From Ramazzottius varieornatus (taxonomy: Eukaryota > Animalia > Tardigrada), in assembly GCA_001949185.1 (NCBI GenBank), contig BDGG01000009.1:1105624-1169623 (forward strand): a stretch of DNA of 64,000 nt, written 5' to 3'. Shown one piece after another: positions 63,035-64,000 of this stretch (positions are counted from its first letter, which is position 1; each line of letters begins with the position of its first letter). A program made the position numbers and the translations under genes. Below the pieces are notes generated by a model. The model saw nothing but the letters and a program-made list of their open reading frames with translations. It made no database searches and had not been told where the DNA came from.

Positions 63035-64000
63035 GATACCCTAGTCCAGACAGTGAAGATCACGTTTTTGTGGATTCAGCAAAGTAACGAGCTGACAACG
63101 CTGAAGGAGTTTCCAAGAGGCGATTGGAATGTCGATCAAGACCGAGATTTGTCACGGTCTGTCGCCGAAGCAGAGTCAAATGTTCCGCTTGTTTGTCGCT
63201 ATACGATGGATGATACCCACTACACCTTCATGCTTGATCAAATCCTACTACATTGTACCATTCTGCACGAAAAGCATAAAATGGCGAATGGCAATCTGAA
63301 GTATAAGATTGACTTGCTGAGGGACCAGTTAAATTGTAGCAGTAGGCATTTGTACGCGGTACAAGAAAGTAATAAGCACGCAAAATGTGTTAGCTAGAGC
63401 GATGCGGCCAACGCGAACTTTCGACCTGGAAATAGTGATCATAACGCGGCTAATCTGGCACTGACCACGACCACGATGCAGTTGGCGGAAACACTGCCAA
63501 CATGCGCTGATTTGGTGTCAGTGAGGCACTTGAGGCTCTTTGTCGCCTCTAAATGTTTTCGCAAGTGAGGCTCTGGCTGTATAAAATGAGAAACCTGTAC
63601 GAGATACCCACCGGTATACGCCCTCTTTTATTCGCCCCGGCTCAACCGACGCAGGCAGTGACGGTGCCGATTCTCAGCGCCGCGCAGTCTGTGCTACTTG
63701 TATAGACTACAGGTTTCCGTCAATTAACTTGTATTCAGCAGCTGGCATTATCAAGTGTTGCACAACTGACAACTTTACCCAGAGATAAAGATTTTCCCCT
63801 CGTGCTTGACCGTCTAATATGGCCCCCAATAACAGGCCGAAGAATTAGTAATTGCTCGTGAAAGTTGTTCGGTGTCTTTTGTTGGGGGTGGATAGAACGA
63901 TCGAAAATACTCTTGTGTTTACGTGTCTGATTGCTTTTTGTTTAGACCAATCTTAAGCTTGACTCAAAAGAAAAAACATGTGTTTTTTTCTGCCAGGCAA

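Noticed and set aside
63053-63397. 114-aa plus-strand ORF next to the MOB3 start
   Set aside because: It has a non-ATG start, no homology, and overlaps the likely MOB3 5' UTR and promoter.

Overview
Gene-dense, intron-rich animal DNA with mostly 50-90 bp GT-AG introns. A degenerate GPCR with 'LRCGTGILIAHAL...ALNRF-IALIFPHKY' hints at a tardigrade, but this is from memory and tentative. Recognisable spliced genes in order: Ly6/uPAR three-finger protein (-), PDZ protein (+), GPD2 (+), nicotinic acetylcholine receptor alpha subunit (-), MFSD9-like (+), CPT1 (+), ATG14 (-), HDDC2 (+), GCLC (+), ZDHHC17-like (-), a short F-box-like ORF (+), TMEM94 (-), a GPCR pseudogene (-), MFSD1-like (-), a BTB-BACK protein with an unusual CGCDC-repeat tail (-), a CSAD/ADC-like decarboxylase (+), a large disordered protein (+) and MOB3 (-). 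The most striking unexplained structure is a modular palindromic element ('family A'), with about 28 copies of which 23 are intronic and none exonic. It has outer inverted ends TGGGAC(G/C)TCGGCAAA...TTTGCCGA(C/G)GTCCCA enclosing 1-3 tandem hairpin units AAGTGGCGCAC-N25-GTGCGCCACTT. One element keeps similar ends and the same architecture but carries a different core (AACCTGCATAC-N30-GTATGCAGGYT). Exon boundaries were inferred by eye and repeat boundaries are approximate.
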